From the NCBI RefSeq assembly GCF_009914755.1, contig NC_060925.1: a stretch of 64,000 nt of DNA; one strand, given 5' to 3'. The notes under the pieces were generated by a model. The model saw nothing but the letters and a program-made list of their open reading frames with translations. It searched no databases and was not told the origin of the DNA. The DNA comes from the human T2T-CHM13v2.0 reference genome, Homo sapiens. A program made the translations under genes and the position numbers. Below are positions 14,780 to 27,200 of this stretch, piece by piece (the stretch's first letter is position 1; each line of letters starts with the position of its first letter).

Positions 14780-15130
14780 GGGCCAGCCATGCGACGCAGG
14801 ATGACTCAGTCTTTAAAAGGCGGGAAACTCTGACATGTGTGACAACACGGCTGAACCTTGAGGACATGAGCCAAGTGAGATCAGCCGGTCACAAAAGGAC
14901 AAATCCTGTGTGACTACACTTCTACGAAGTCCCTGGAGTGGCTACGTCCATAGAGACTGAAAGCAGAAAGGGGGGTGCCAGGGGCTGGGGAGGGGCTATG
15001 GGGAGCGACTGGAAATGAGGATGATGACGGCTGCACAACTTTGTGAATGTACCCAATGCCACTGAACTCTACACTTAAAAATGGTTTCAGGACGTGAAAT
15101 TGTATGTGGCTTGTATTTGATTTCATTTAC
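14780..15130 (+). mobile_element. L1MB-type 3' end fragment
   Basis: aaccttgaggacat...cacaaaaggacaaatcctgtgtga...tgccactgaactctacacttaaaaatgg. Confidence 0.8.
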
Positions 15131-15593
15131 AAAGACCCAGTCTGGCAGCAGTTGGGCTCTGCACTCTGCACGGAGCATGGTCCTCAGCCCTACATGCAGT
15201 CAATGACCCTCTCCCTCACACTAGTCACATCTACAGAGGGGGAGGCTGAGGCCAAAACAGCTGTGACCAGCTCCAGCCCAGAGCGAGGGCATGATGGATC
15301 CAGGGACACTCCAGAGCCTGCATACCCACCCACCCGCCCACGCCTCGGGGCTGGGAGCCTGGGGCCAGACACCCGTGCTTCTCCCGTCCAAACATGCGAT
15401 GTGCTCAGACCACATCTCCAGCTGTCCACACCCCAGGAGAAGAGAGACAAACTCAGAAATCAAATTGATATTTAGAAAATGCAGTTTATTTAATGTGGTG
15501 CAGGAAGCATTCCCAACAGTGGGAATACGGGAGACTCCCGGGAGGTAGCAGTGGCTGAGCTGGTTATTGAAGGACAGATAGGATTTTCTTCTC

Positions 15594-15775
15594 ATTTTTA
15601 TTTTTATTTTTTGAGACAGGATCTCACTCTGTCACCCAGGCTGGGGTGCAGTGGTGAGATCTTGGCTCACTGCAACCTCTACCTCCTGCGCTCAGGAGAT
15701 CCTCCTGCCTCAGCCTCCTGAGTAGCTGGGACCACAGGAACATGCCACCACCACCCTGGGCTAATTTTTTGATGT
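15594..15775 (-). mobile_element. Alu right-arm fragment (AluJ/FRAM-like)
   Basis: T-tail, gagacaggatctcactctgtcacccaggctgg...gctaattttt. Confidence 0.88.
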
Positions 15776-16372
15776 TCTTATTTTTAAACATTGTAACACT
15801 TCCACCACTAATATACAGTCAGTGGAGAAAAATTAAATGCAGAGAAACATAACAGAGAAAAAAGTTTTAATATTATCAGATCTAATCACCCAGGGAAAAC
15901 CGCTGTTAATATTTCAGCTGACATTCTTAAAGGTCGCCCCCATGTCTCAGGGACATGTCAGCGTGGTGATAAGCATGCACTCTTGTCACTATGTTCACTG
16001 CTGATGCAACACTCCATTGTAGGAAACTAACAAATTTCATTTATCAGCTGTTTCTGTGGCCAGAAGCAGGTCAAGGGGGAGGCTCTTGAAAGATCATTGA
16101 TCAGGACCCAAAGAACCCTGTGGGGTCAGAGCCCCTGTGTGTGGACACTGTGTGTGGTATCGGGCCTAGACCTAAGAATGGACACAGTCTTTCTAAAATA
16201 GCCACAAAAGCCTCGGGTTAAGATGGCAAACTAAACACACACCCATTCAATAGCGTCCCCTCTGTAAGCCCCACTTCAACCACAATAAAGAGATTTCAAA
16301 AGGCATCTACCCATAAGGGTGGGCCTCCCTTCTGAAAGCTGAATTGCTGATGGACCTGTGGCAATTGGATCA

Positions 16373-16770
<398 letters not shown>

Positions 16771-17249
16771 GGGTACCTCTAGGACTTGGGGTGCAAGAGC
16801 GGCTACGATCAGGATGGCTTAGTAAAGGGGGATTCCTATCCCCTCCTTATCCTCCCTGAGCGACCACCCCTCCCCCACACCAGCAAAAGTCCAGAGGTTT
16901 ATTTCCCAGAATTCAGGCAGCTGACTGCAAAGACCCCTGCCTTCAACTCCAAGTTGACTCCAAGAAGACTGGCAGCCAGACCCTCCCTTGCTCCCTGGGT
17001 AACTTCTCTGGGAATCAGGTCAGTTCCTAAAGATACTGACATCCAAGGATCAAGGATCACTCCCATTCATGGGTCTCAAGGGCAATGAACCCCTCCTCTC
17101 TTACTGTCAGAACTTCCAGTCAGCTCCTCATCATGGGCAGAAAGCCAAGAATCAGCAGATGCCTCAGGAAAGACAGATTGAAACAAACAGAGCAAAGCCA
17201 TTTGGTGGACACACAGATTATATGTGCAGAAGAAAGCTCATATAAATAT

Positions 17250-17720
17250 CAAGTTTCAAAAATGAAGAAGAAACAAAACAGAGAGTAGAAATCACTAAGA
17301 AAGTATTTCAAGAAAATTTCCCAGAGCTAATGGACACAAGTTCTCAGTTGGAAAGAACTCACAGTGGATAAAAACAGACACATTCTAGGGCACATCATTG
17401 TGGAATATGGGACCACTTGGGACAAAGAAGATTCTATAAAATTCCAAAAAGGAAAAATCACACTGCACACAAAGTCCGAGGAAACAGAATCTTCCTAGAC
17501 TTCTCAATAGCTGCCTGGTAGCAAGAAGACAATGGGGCAATATTCTCTAAAATTCTGAACAAAAAAATCATCTCCAATCTGGAATTCTATACCCAGTTCA
17601 TCCATCATTCTGGTACTGTGGAAGTCCTAAAATATTTATCTCCTATGCATCTTTTATCAGAAGTTACTAGAAGATATGCTTCATGAAAATGAGAAAGTAA
17701 TCCAACAAAATATGTAGTCT
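17250..17720 (+). mobile_element. Ancient L1/HAL1-like ORF1 remnant
   Basis: caagaaaatttcccagagct, agacttctcaatag, aagaagacaatggggcaat, ggaattctatacccag. Confidence 0.6.
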
Positions 17721-17954
17721 GTAAAGGTAGCAGGAGATGCAAGGGAATTTCCCTAGAGAATGGCCATGGACAAGACGTAGAAGGCAGTCAGTCCATACTG
17801 GCATGGGTGGCTAAGGAGCCAGATGTGAGGATGGCCATCACCACTATTCTGTGGTCATTACTCTCTCGTTCTCATCTAGGTGAGATGGGCTCAGATTCTT
17901 ATCACCCCCGGCATGTCTTTACTATGGACAGATGAAATCCCTATTTCCTCCCCA

Positions 17955-18390
17955 TATTAATTTCTGGTGGCTGCTGTAACAAATTACTACAAATTTAGCA
18001 GCTTCAAATAGCACACACTTACTAGATTTTGGTTTTGTGGGTCAGAAGTCCGAAATGGATCTCAGTGTCCTAAAGTCAAGGCATGCATAGGGCTGCCTTC
18101 CTTGCTGGAGGCTCTAGAATCCATTTCCTTGCCTTTTTTAGCTTCTAGAGTCTGTCCGTATTCACGTAACTTGGTTCGTGGGCCCTTCCTCTGTCTTCAG
18201 AGCCAGCACAGCCAGGGGACTCTTCCTCATATTCTCACATATCTCCACTTCATCCTAATCCTGACTCTCCTGCCTCCCTCTTCCACTTTTAAGGATCCTC
18301 GTGATGACATTAAGGCCACCCAGATAATCCGGAATCGTCTCCCTACTTTAAAGTCAGCTGAAAGAGCAACTTTAATTCCACCTGCAGCCT
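17955..18390 (-). mobile_element. MLT1-type (MaLR) LTR
   Basis: gctgctgtaacaaattactacaaatttagcagctt...ggtcagaagtccgaaat...cccagataatcc. Confidence 0.8.
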
Positions 18391-18429
18391 TAATCTGTCC
18401 TCCCACTGCCACTCTACACGGTTTTCCCC

Positions 18430-18836
18430 TCCTCCCCTCCCCGTCCTTCTGCAGCAGCCACACTGGTCACTGGAGCCTCAGGGCCTTTGCACTGGCTGTT
18501 CCATCTGCCCCAGTGCTGTTCTCCCAGACACTTGGGTGGCTCCCTCATCCCTCCCTGACGTCTCTGCCCAAATGTCACCACTTCAGTGAGGCCTTTCTTG
18601 AACAACCGATTGAAGACTGTGCCTTCACCTCTCTCCTCTTTCATGTCCATTGCACTAGAATCGTCTAGCCTGGCACCCCAGACCCATATGTATTTGGCTT
18701 ATTGCTGCTTTCCCCATCAAAACATGACCTTGATGGGAGCAGCGTCTGTCTCCATCACTGCTGTAGTCTCAGGGCCTATGGCTGTCCCTGGCACACGGTA
18801 AGAGTGCAGTGAATGTGTGTTGCTTGAACAAATGAA
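18430..18836 (+). mobile_element. L2 3' fragment
   Basis: cctcagggcctttgcactggctgttcc...cagtgaggcctttc...cctggcacacggtaag...gaacaaatgaa. Confidence 0.75.
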
Positions 18837-19009
18837 AGCCTCACACTGCAGCCTCCTGGACACCTGTCCCTATTAGTCAGCCCGACTTCCCACTGGCTTC
18901 CAGCTAATGGTCTCCTTTCAATGCCTGGAGGGCTGAAGCTGGACTCTGGTGTGGCCCATCTGTTCCCAGGGCCTTCATTGGCCCAGAGTACTACTGCCTC
19001 TACTTCTAC

Positions 19010-19230
19010 AGCCAGGCAACCACTAATATGTCTTCAGTCTCTATGGATTGGCCCATCCTGGACATCTCGTATAAATGGAATCACACAAAGCGTGACCTTT
19101 TATGACTGACTTCTTTCACGGAGCGTCATGTTTTCCAGGTTCATTCATGCTGTAACAAGCGTCAGCTCTTCATTCCTTTTCATGGCGACATAGTATTCCA
19201 TTGCATGGATATGCCACCTGTTATTTATCC
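19010..19230 (-). mobile_element. L1M-type 3' fragment
   Basis: ggcaaccactaat...ataaatggaatcacac...ttccaggttcattcatgctgta...tagtattccattg. Confidence 0.75.
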
Positions 19231-19671
19231 ACGTGTGCTGATTTTAATGCTCCTCACTCATTTCAATTTGGTGAAGCTTCTGCAGATGCGTTACTCTGCA
19301 GCGAGATTCATTCTAGGCTCTGGGAGACCTGGGAGGACCATAAACTTCTGCTGAGGCCTGCACACATTCTTAGGGAAGGTTTAACAGTCTTTTGATCTCA
19401 GACTTAACGGTTCCAAAGCAAAGGCTTTAAAAGCAGTCTGTGGAGTTAAAACCATTTTCACCATTTGGCTCTGTGGACTGGCCCAGGGAGAAACCTTTCT
19501 GATGTTCTGGGCCAAACCGAGAAAAGACAGCAGCAAGGATGACCGAACGGGTTTTTCCTATTTAGCAAAAAGCACACCCACTAAAGAAAAATCACTAAAC
19601 ACGGCTTTGATTGGGAAGGCAGCCTTCAATGAATGACATCATTCCAAGAACATAAATCTTAGTTTGTATGA

Positions 19672-19677
19672 TTTATT
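19672..19677 (-). terminator. Polyadenylation signal AATAAA (distal end of PRDM16-DT)
   Basis: Plus strand TTTATT within atttatttat. Further minus-strand AATAAA at 19918-19923 and 20000-20005. Confidence 0.55.
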
Positions 19678-20599
19678 TATGTTAAAAAATCCACACATGA
19701 TGCTGGGGTTTCAATGGCTTTGTTTAAGTGATAGTTTTTCCTTTTTAGTGAAAGTTGGAGCGATGATAAACAGCTCCAGCTGTAAAAATGAAAGGCGGAG
19801 GTGAAGCTGAGGTGATTATTACAGAAAAATGCTGAGTGGGGAGGGGTATTTGGCCCTTCCATCCTCTAAAATGAAAATTACCCTCTGCCACAACGTGCCA
19901 CGAACAATTACCTGCTGTTTATTAATTAACCTCTTTTAAAAGCACCGCATTTCTGCAAGAAACTGGTATTTCTCTAATGTGAAAACTGGCTTATTCGTGT
20001 TTATTGGAACCACTATGTCCCATGTGGTCCAGGCTTAGTGCACACTTAACTGACATGCATTTTTTTTAATGGCACATTTGATGATTGGAAATACCTTCCT
20101 AGAAGAAGCCCAGACACTCAGCACGACTTGCTTGGCGTATTAGTTCTAAACTGAGTCCCCAAAGACCCTGGCTGGAGCATGCGACCTCTCCCTGACCGCA
20201 GCAGCCACAGCACAGCCCTGGAGAGCTGCTCCAAGAGTGGGTGCTGGGAAGGAACGGGGCTCAGGACTTACCAGTGAGAGGCGACTCAGGAAATACAGAC
20301 TCCAGTGGCTGAGTCTTTCTGGACCCTGGCAAAAAAGTGTATTGGTCATTGCCAGAAGGACACGGGTGACCAAGAGGCCAGAGCGCCCTCTGGGTGGCAT
20401 GACTGTAGTGGGGCTTTCGTGGTGCTCACACTCCCAGCACCAGAAGAGCCCCAGGAAAGGGTCCCAGGCAGGGATCTCTCTGCAGAGGCACCTCTGCCAC
20501 CCTGCACACCCCGGAGAGCGCCATCCCTGCAGTGTAAGTCACCTGGGGCTTTGTGGTCAGGGTGCTCTTCCTCTGAGTCCTGCTTCTGCCTCTAAGGAC

Positions 20600-20690
20600 A
20601 GGTCCTGGCCTAGGTTGCTCAAGCCTCTGAGCATCAGTTTTCCCATCTGTAAGGTGGGCACAATCACAGCACCCACAACAGGACTGGGAA
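20600..20690 (+). mobile_element. MIR core fragment (similar short remnants near 23445, 45600, 51325, 55620, 59340 and 62190)
   Basis: ctctgagcatcagttttcccatctgtaaggtggg matches the MIR core. Confidence 0.6.
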
Positions 20691-22739
20691 GGCCACACAG
20701 CCCCCAGTTGCAACCCAGGGGTGGGAAGTGAGCAGCACAATGCCCAGCACCCTGCCTGGTACAGCACCCAGGCCAGGGAGCCTGTGGGTGGACCAGCTTC
20801 TCTCCTAGAACTCTCGCTCTGCCATGGTCCCTGCCCCCGCCCCCCATCCTGCTGGGGACCCCTGAACAAGCCAGCTTCCTTTTCCAAACACAGTGCAAGG
20901 GGCCTGGGCAGCTGCTCACTGCTGTGTCCTCGTCACATGGTGCTAGCATTGGCTTACTGAACATAGGACGGCCCTCTGAGACCTGATGGATTATGGAGGT
21001 TACAGAGGGGTGGCTCGGCCTCAGACACTCAGCACAGTCCCTGCCCCAGGCTGCTGCCTCCACACCACAGCGTCCTGCAAGGTGGCCCTCATCTCCCTGG
21101 GTCTTCCCCTGGGCTGAAACTGCCTGTGGAAACCCCAGGGAAACCTACTGGTTCAGCTCTTCAGTCATTCAGCTGTGACTCATCCATTCTTTCACTGAGG
21201 ACACAGCACAGCCCAGCCTTGGGCCAGGTGCTGGAGCTTCGGGTAAAATGCCTTGGAAGCTCCAGGTCTGATGGAGCAGACACCCTCCTGTAGATCTGAT
21301 GGAGGAGATACCCTTCTGTTTAACTCATACCATAGACTCGAAGCTCCAGGAGCACGGAGCCTTGCAGCGCCTCCTGCATGAGGAAAGGAAGGAATGAGTG
21401 AACGGAAGGGAAGCGCGGACTTCAGTTGCCAGGAGACCAGCTGGCCCCTAGACATCTCCACCCGACTGGCAGCACCAGGGCAGGACAAGGTCAGGAGGGC
21501 AGGGCTTGACTGGGAGCTAGCGGCCCCTGAGCCAGTTAAGGCCTTTGTGGATGAGTGGAGCAGGTGGCTCCTGGGGCACCTGTCCTCACGCCTGGCCCCA
21601 ACTTGCCCTGTGTCCAGCCAGGAGGTGGTTACCTTCTAGGGCTCCAGCTCAGAGCCTCTGGGAGTAGTGCTGGGTTCTGGGAGAGGAAGTGCAAGAGGGC
21701 AGGCAGGAGGGAGAAGGGCTCCCTGCCTCTCCAACAACCTGCAGGGCTCCAGGAACTGCAAGCCACTCATCGGGGTGCAGCTGCCCCACCACAGGGCCAG
21801 GCTCTGCCGCCACCGTTCTACCTTGGGAAATTGGACTCCCAGGAAGCTGGAGGGGCTGCCCGAGGGTCCCAGGAGACAGGAGGCAGAAGCTGAGCTTGAG
21901 TTCCTCCTGTCTCCCCACTCCCCCAGCTGTCTATGGGCCCTGGGGTCCCAGCACTGAAGGGTGGAGAGGGGAGGGAGGCTGACGGTGTGGGAGGGGTGGG
22001 TCACTGTTTCACCTCAGTAGAAGCCCTCCCCTCTTCCCTTGTGCAGCCTACGGGAGCTGCCCTGGGTGTTCCCCTTGTAATTCCACTGAAGTCATGGGGG
22101 AGGGGCTGCTGAAGGCTGGACCTGCCCTCTTCACCCCAGTCCCCAGGGCAGGCCCCACCTAGGTCCTCAAAGAGGTGACCTGTGGGGGCTGCAGGGGGCA
22201 CTATTCTGCACACAGGGGTGTTCCTGCCACTCAGGCCCCTGCTTTGATGAGGAGGCCCAGGGACCCAAAGTGTGGGGGTGAGGGCGCCCCACAGCACGGC
22301 ACCCGTGAGGGGACTGGAGTTCTTGAGTTACCTGTGCCTGGCTGCTCTCTCCAGCCCCCGGGGCATGGGCGCCGGTGTACTGGCGGCGGCGGGGGAGCAG
22401 GCAGCTCTTTCCCAGGAGGACGCCCGAGTGATTCCATCACCTTCGGGTCACTCTACAGAACTGGTCATTTTTTCCCTGCCTGGGGCGATCCTGGTCTCTG
22501 CTCTATTCTTGCCGGCTCTTTGAGCCGTGTCTCGACTGCCACCACCACTGCGATTATTGGTTTAGTAGAAAGCAAAGCTCGCAGGGATAGACCCTTGGGT
22601 GTCCCTATGGACACCCCACTCCCCTCGGGTCCTTCCCCGTAAGTCCTGCCCCAGGAGGTGGGAGGCCCAGAGGTGAGAAGGTCTGCTCAGACCATGGCCC
22701 CCTGCTTCCCACACCCCACCTCCTCCGTCTACACCTAGA

Positions 22740-24250
22740 ATGGTAGTTTGTGCCGGATCCCGAAGCCTCAGCTCCCCAGGCCATGCTGCGGGGCCCCGCC
22801 CAGATGTGTGGGAACGCGGCTGCCGCCGGTGCCAAAAGACCTACGTCCTCGGAAGTGGGTACGGGGATGGCGTATTCCCTCCCGCGAGGTTCGTTGTACC
22901 TAGGGGAGCCTGGGTCTCCAGTCCTCCCCCGACCCGCTTCCCCGGCAGGCCCTGTCCCCCACCCCCAGCAGCCAGAGCGCCCGGGCAGCCCCTGCCTTCT
23001 CCCCAGATCCCCTCCACACTCTGCAGGATTTGGGGTGCTGGGTGGTGTCATCTCAGGTTCGAGTCTGCGCGAAACCTCCGGGCTTCTGGAGACCCAAAGG
23101 GACCTGAGAGGAAAGCCCAGGGCGGGCCAGACTCTGCGGTGGGGGTGGGAGGAGGGAGACCCCAGGGGCGGCGGAGTCGGCCCTCGCCCCTCCTCCACCC
23201 AGCGGGCGAGGAGAGTTCCGGGAAGGCCGGGGGAGGGGGAGCGAGGGGAGGAGACAGGGACGGGCCGGGCCGCCTCCAGAGCCGCCGTGGGGCGCGCCCT
23301 GTCCCGCACGCCTCTGACCCCCGCTCAGCAAACGAGGCCCACGGGGTGGGCGGCCTTGGGCCTCCTCCTGGCAGCTTCCACCCAGCCATTCTCTCCAGCC
23401 AGCCCTGCAATAAACTCCCGGAGAAGCACAGGCGCGCCTGGTCCCATTTCACAGACGAGGAAACTGAGGCGTGGAAAAGAAACCCACCGCAGCTCCGTCT
23501 CCACGGTTTCACCTGCGGGGTATTAATCTCTCAGGATGAAAGGCAAAATTTGGTTTTGAAGCTAAGAGGGCCGGCAGTGGGGGGCAGGGCGCGCTGCGGA
23601 GAGACGGCAGGAGCGGGCTTTGCAAGCCGAGTCTGGATTCCGGCGCGAGCCGATTCCGGGAACTGGCTTGGTGACCCGGCCGCCGGCCCGTGTCCCGGGC
23701 TCTGGGCGTTTGGGGACACGGAAGGCGGGCTCCCACCTGGCGACTCCCGGAATGTGGCCGCCGGGCCCGGAAGGCTACGAGGCTCGCCATTTTCGTTGCT
23801 GCCAGGGCCCCGCCCGCGCGCGGCCGAATTGGGATCTGAAGGCAGCGGCAGCGTCTACGCAAGCAGCGTTCTGGAGCGTCGCTCTGCCACCTTCCCGCGC
23901 GCAGTTCCGCGCGAGCCGCAGGACGCGGGCGCTGTGGGTAACGAAGTTGCTCCCGGTGTGCGCAGACCGGCGGCCCCGGGGTTGCGGGCGGCAGGAGGGA
24001 CCGCCACTCCACGGCTGCGGGCGCGCGTGAACACACGGCTGAAGGTCATAGGCAGCGCATCCAGGCAACAGCATTCGTTGGCGGATTTTTAAAGGTTCTT
24101 AGATCAAGAGGGAAAGCGTGTGAAACCGATTCCGTTTATTGCCCCCAGCGGCGGGGGAGCTCCCCGTTGCAGACACCCAGCGGCTCGGCCACTGCAGCGT
24201 CCTGGCCCAGTATGGGCCGCACACGAGTAGGAGTCGTTGGGGGCTTCCTG
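22740..24250. promoter_or_regulatory. Upstream CpG island inside PRDM16-DT
   Basis: CpG-dense GC-rich block with YY1-type CGCCATTTT at 23785-23793. Confidence 0.75.
24135..24140 (-). terminator. Polyadenylation signal AATAAA (short PRDM16-DT isoform)
   Basis: Isolated TTTATT in GC-rich context, consistent with a recalled shorter isoform. Confidence 0.5.
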
Positions 24251-27200
24251 CACCTTCTCAGTGAGCCCGGTTGGGCCTGGATTCGGCTCCCTCCTGGGCC
24301 CAACGGGAGGAGATCAAGGGAGTTCAGGTTCACAGTCTCAATCTCTTAAAACAAAACAAAACAAAAAACTCCGGATTGGGCCCTCGAAGTGCCCATGGGG
24401 CATCCAGATACTCCCGACATCTGCGCAGGAGAGCTGGGCACCCTGGTGGGGACGCCAGGACACAAAGCCGGGCAGAGGGTCTCCACTGGGGTGGCCACGG
24501 CATCGTGCAAGCCGGTCCCCGGAAGCTGCCCATCTGCAAGGGACAAGGACCCTCTTGCAATCAAAATAAGTCAGTTTCCACACATCTGGGGTTTGTTCGA
24601 AATCAGCGACATGGCTCACATTCCTAGGAAGTCCACTCCTCCCAGCTACCCACTCTGGGACCAGGAATCGGGTATCGGCTTTGGGAGGCCCCCACCTTTG
24701 AGCAGTGCAGGGAATGGAACCTTGCCACCACTGGGCCACAACTGGGACCTGTGTCCTGTCCTCTCCAAGTATTCTGGGGCACAAGAAGGTTTCCCAGGCC
24801 TCGGGTGAGAAGAAGGTTCAAAGGGGCCCCGAAATATTGACCCCAGGGTCTGGGGGGATTCCTGTAGCCCCAGTGTGCGGCTGAGGCATGATGCTGGAGG
24901 AAGCACCCACTTCGGGTCATTTCAGAGGTCTCAATAGGGAAGAAATGGCCTTTTCCATGACTTGTGTCTCCCACCCACCCCCACCATTCTAGACCAAACG
25001 CAGGCTCCTTCCAGCATTCAGCCCCCATCGAGTCCCCTGCGAGGTATAGGGTCCAAGCAGCCCTCCTCCATGTTCCCCTCTGTCTAGTGGGAGCCAAGTC
25101 AGCCATCCCCAAGGGCCCCTGTGGTCTCCTGGCTCCTGCTGCTCAAGTCTGGGGCAGGAGAACATGCCCGGGGAGCAAGAGCCTCATCCTGGCCTGACTC
25201 AGTGGCCCACGTATTGGGGGTGGGGTGAGCGCTGGCGATCTGGATCCCACCTGGGGCATTTCCAATCTCCCAGGAAAGCCCGTTGGTAAACCAGAGGCTG
25301 TGTGCTTCTTTGCTACCCGGAGGAACAAGGTGGGGGTGTGGAGTCAGTAAAACCTTGACCTGGAATTCAATAGAGCCTGAGGCCAAGTATCTGAAAACCC
25401 ATGGCTAAGTTCAAAAAGCACAGAGGAGTGGGAGAGAAAGGGGTGAGGTGAGGGGAGAGAAAGTGGGAGAGAAAGAACCTGGTGAGGTGAGTCCATCTTG
25501 CCAGGTGCCATGCCTACCTCCTGTCCTGCACACACGGCCCGAAGCAGGGCTCCCTGGGGCCTGAGGGGCTGGGGGTAGGGGCAGCTGGGGCTGCTCTGAC
25601 CCTGCCAGTTGGCATGGGGCACAAGGCCTGGCCAAGCGAAGGGGCCCTCTAGCCCTTGAATGCATTTGTAGATTCCGGGAGTGGAGGGCAGGCCGGCATG
25701 GTAGTTCTGCTACTCAATGGGCTTCTGGGGAACCCCTGGGGCTTGGGGGCCTCCTACTCGCTAATAAGATGCTTCCTCCAGCACGGCAGGACCAGCATTT
25801 CTGGCTCTCAAACCCGGCCTTTTCCCTAAGGAATTAACCTGGTCATGGGTCTCCAGCCGTTAGAAACACTGGGAGTCTGCAGGGCTCATGGAGAAATCGA
25901 GTTTCCATGGACTCCCTCTCTGCCCAGACCCCAGCAGAAGTTGGTGGTTAAAGCCCCGCTCTAGCCTCCAAGACCCCAGCTATGAAATTGGTTTTGGAAC
26001 TCGACAGCAGCGTGCAGTTGTCCAGTGTAGGAGCCTCTATGTGGCCAACCCACACTCACTGTCCTTGGACGACCCAAGGAGGTCAGTAGGAATGAGCTTA
26101 CAGCACTTACAATCCCAGCGCAGGGGCCCCAGGGCCTGGCATCAGCCTCAAGGCTCTGCAGAGCTAGACTTGGTTTGAAAATTGCCCTTAGACCTTTTAG
26201 TATCAACCTTTTCCCCACTGGGCCTACATTTGCCCTACCTGTTCTCCAAGCCCCCCAAAGCCCTTGCCAGGCAGGGACACAGAACTGGGCCCCAGGGAGG
26301 ACTTGCATCTGATCTTCCCTGCTTCACCCTTTTTCCCCACGGGACTCCTCAATGCCTGACCTGCTCTCCGCTTCTAAGTCTGGCCACGCGGGGGCAGGGC
26401 CTGGCCAGGCCAGGATGCAACCTCGGCCAGGGCCATGGCCTTGGGGACAGCCTGCCTGGGCTCCTCGAGCAGGCTCGGGAGACACTGCCCCACTGGAGCC
26501 AGGGCTGCGTCAGTGCCTTGCAGGTAGGCAGCCCGGCTGTCTCCCTGGCGAGGCTTGACCGGCAGCTACCCCTTCCCAGGCAGATCCATGACCCCATCCC
26601 TACCCAACAGCCTGGTGGAGGGCAAGGACCAGATGGCACAGACCAGCTTGCTCCCATACCTCCTGCCCTTCTTCCCTAGGGGCTGGCAACAGGCCAGGGA
26701 TGGCTGTCCTGTCCTAGCCTGGCCAGGGTTCTGAGAACCACCTCCTGAGCTGGAGGAGGAGGCAGGGAGAGGGCCTGAGAGAGTTGGGGCACCCGTAGAA
26801 GAAGGCCAGGACTGCACAACCTTGGCATCTGTTGGCTACCTCCAGGCCAGGGGCAAAGGAGGCCTCTGCTGGGCTGCAGGGTGAGGGTGGGGAAGGGACC
26901 CTCTCTGCAGGTGGGAGTGGTTCGCAGGCACCATAGTAACTTCCCCAGGCCTCCTCCCAAACCTGCAGAGGCTTCAGGCAGGAGCAAGGGGGACCTGGGT
27001 GCAGAGATATGGGAGTGACCTTGAGTCCTTTCTAGCCAGCAGCTCCAGCCAGGTTGGGCCCACCGTTGGGAACCTGCCCTTGGCGGGGTTTAGGCAAGAC
27101 AGCGCCCGTGTTCCTGGGCTCCAGCACCTCCCACCCACTGGGGCGAGCAGGTTCAGAACCGGCCTTGGCGGTGCAAAGCTGCAGCGGTGCCCTAGTTGGC

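Noticed and set aside
22188-22203. CTCF-like GCTGCAGGGGGCACTA
   Set aside because: Imperfect match in GC-rich DNA where chance hits are frequent; it would need ChIP data.
22740-24092. 450-aa plus-strand ATG ORF
   Set aside because: Lies in a CpG island, translates through a MIR remnant (HFTDEETEA) and has no recognisable domain.
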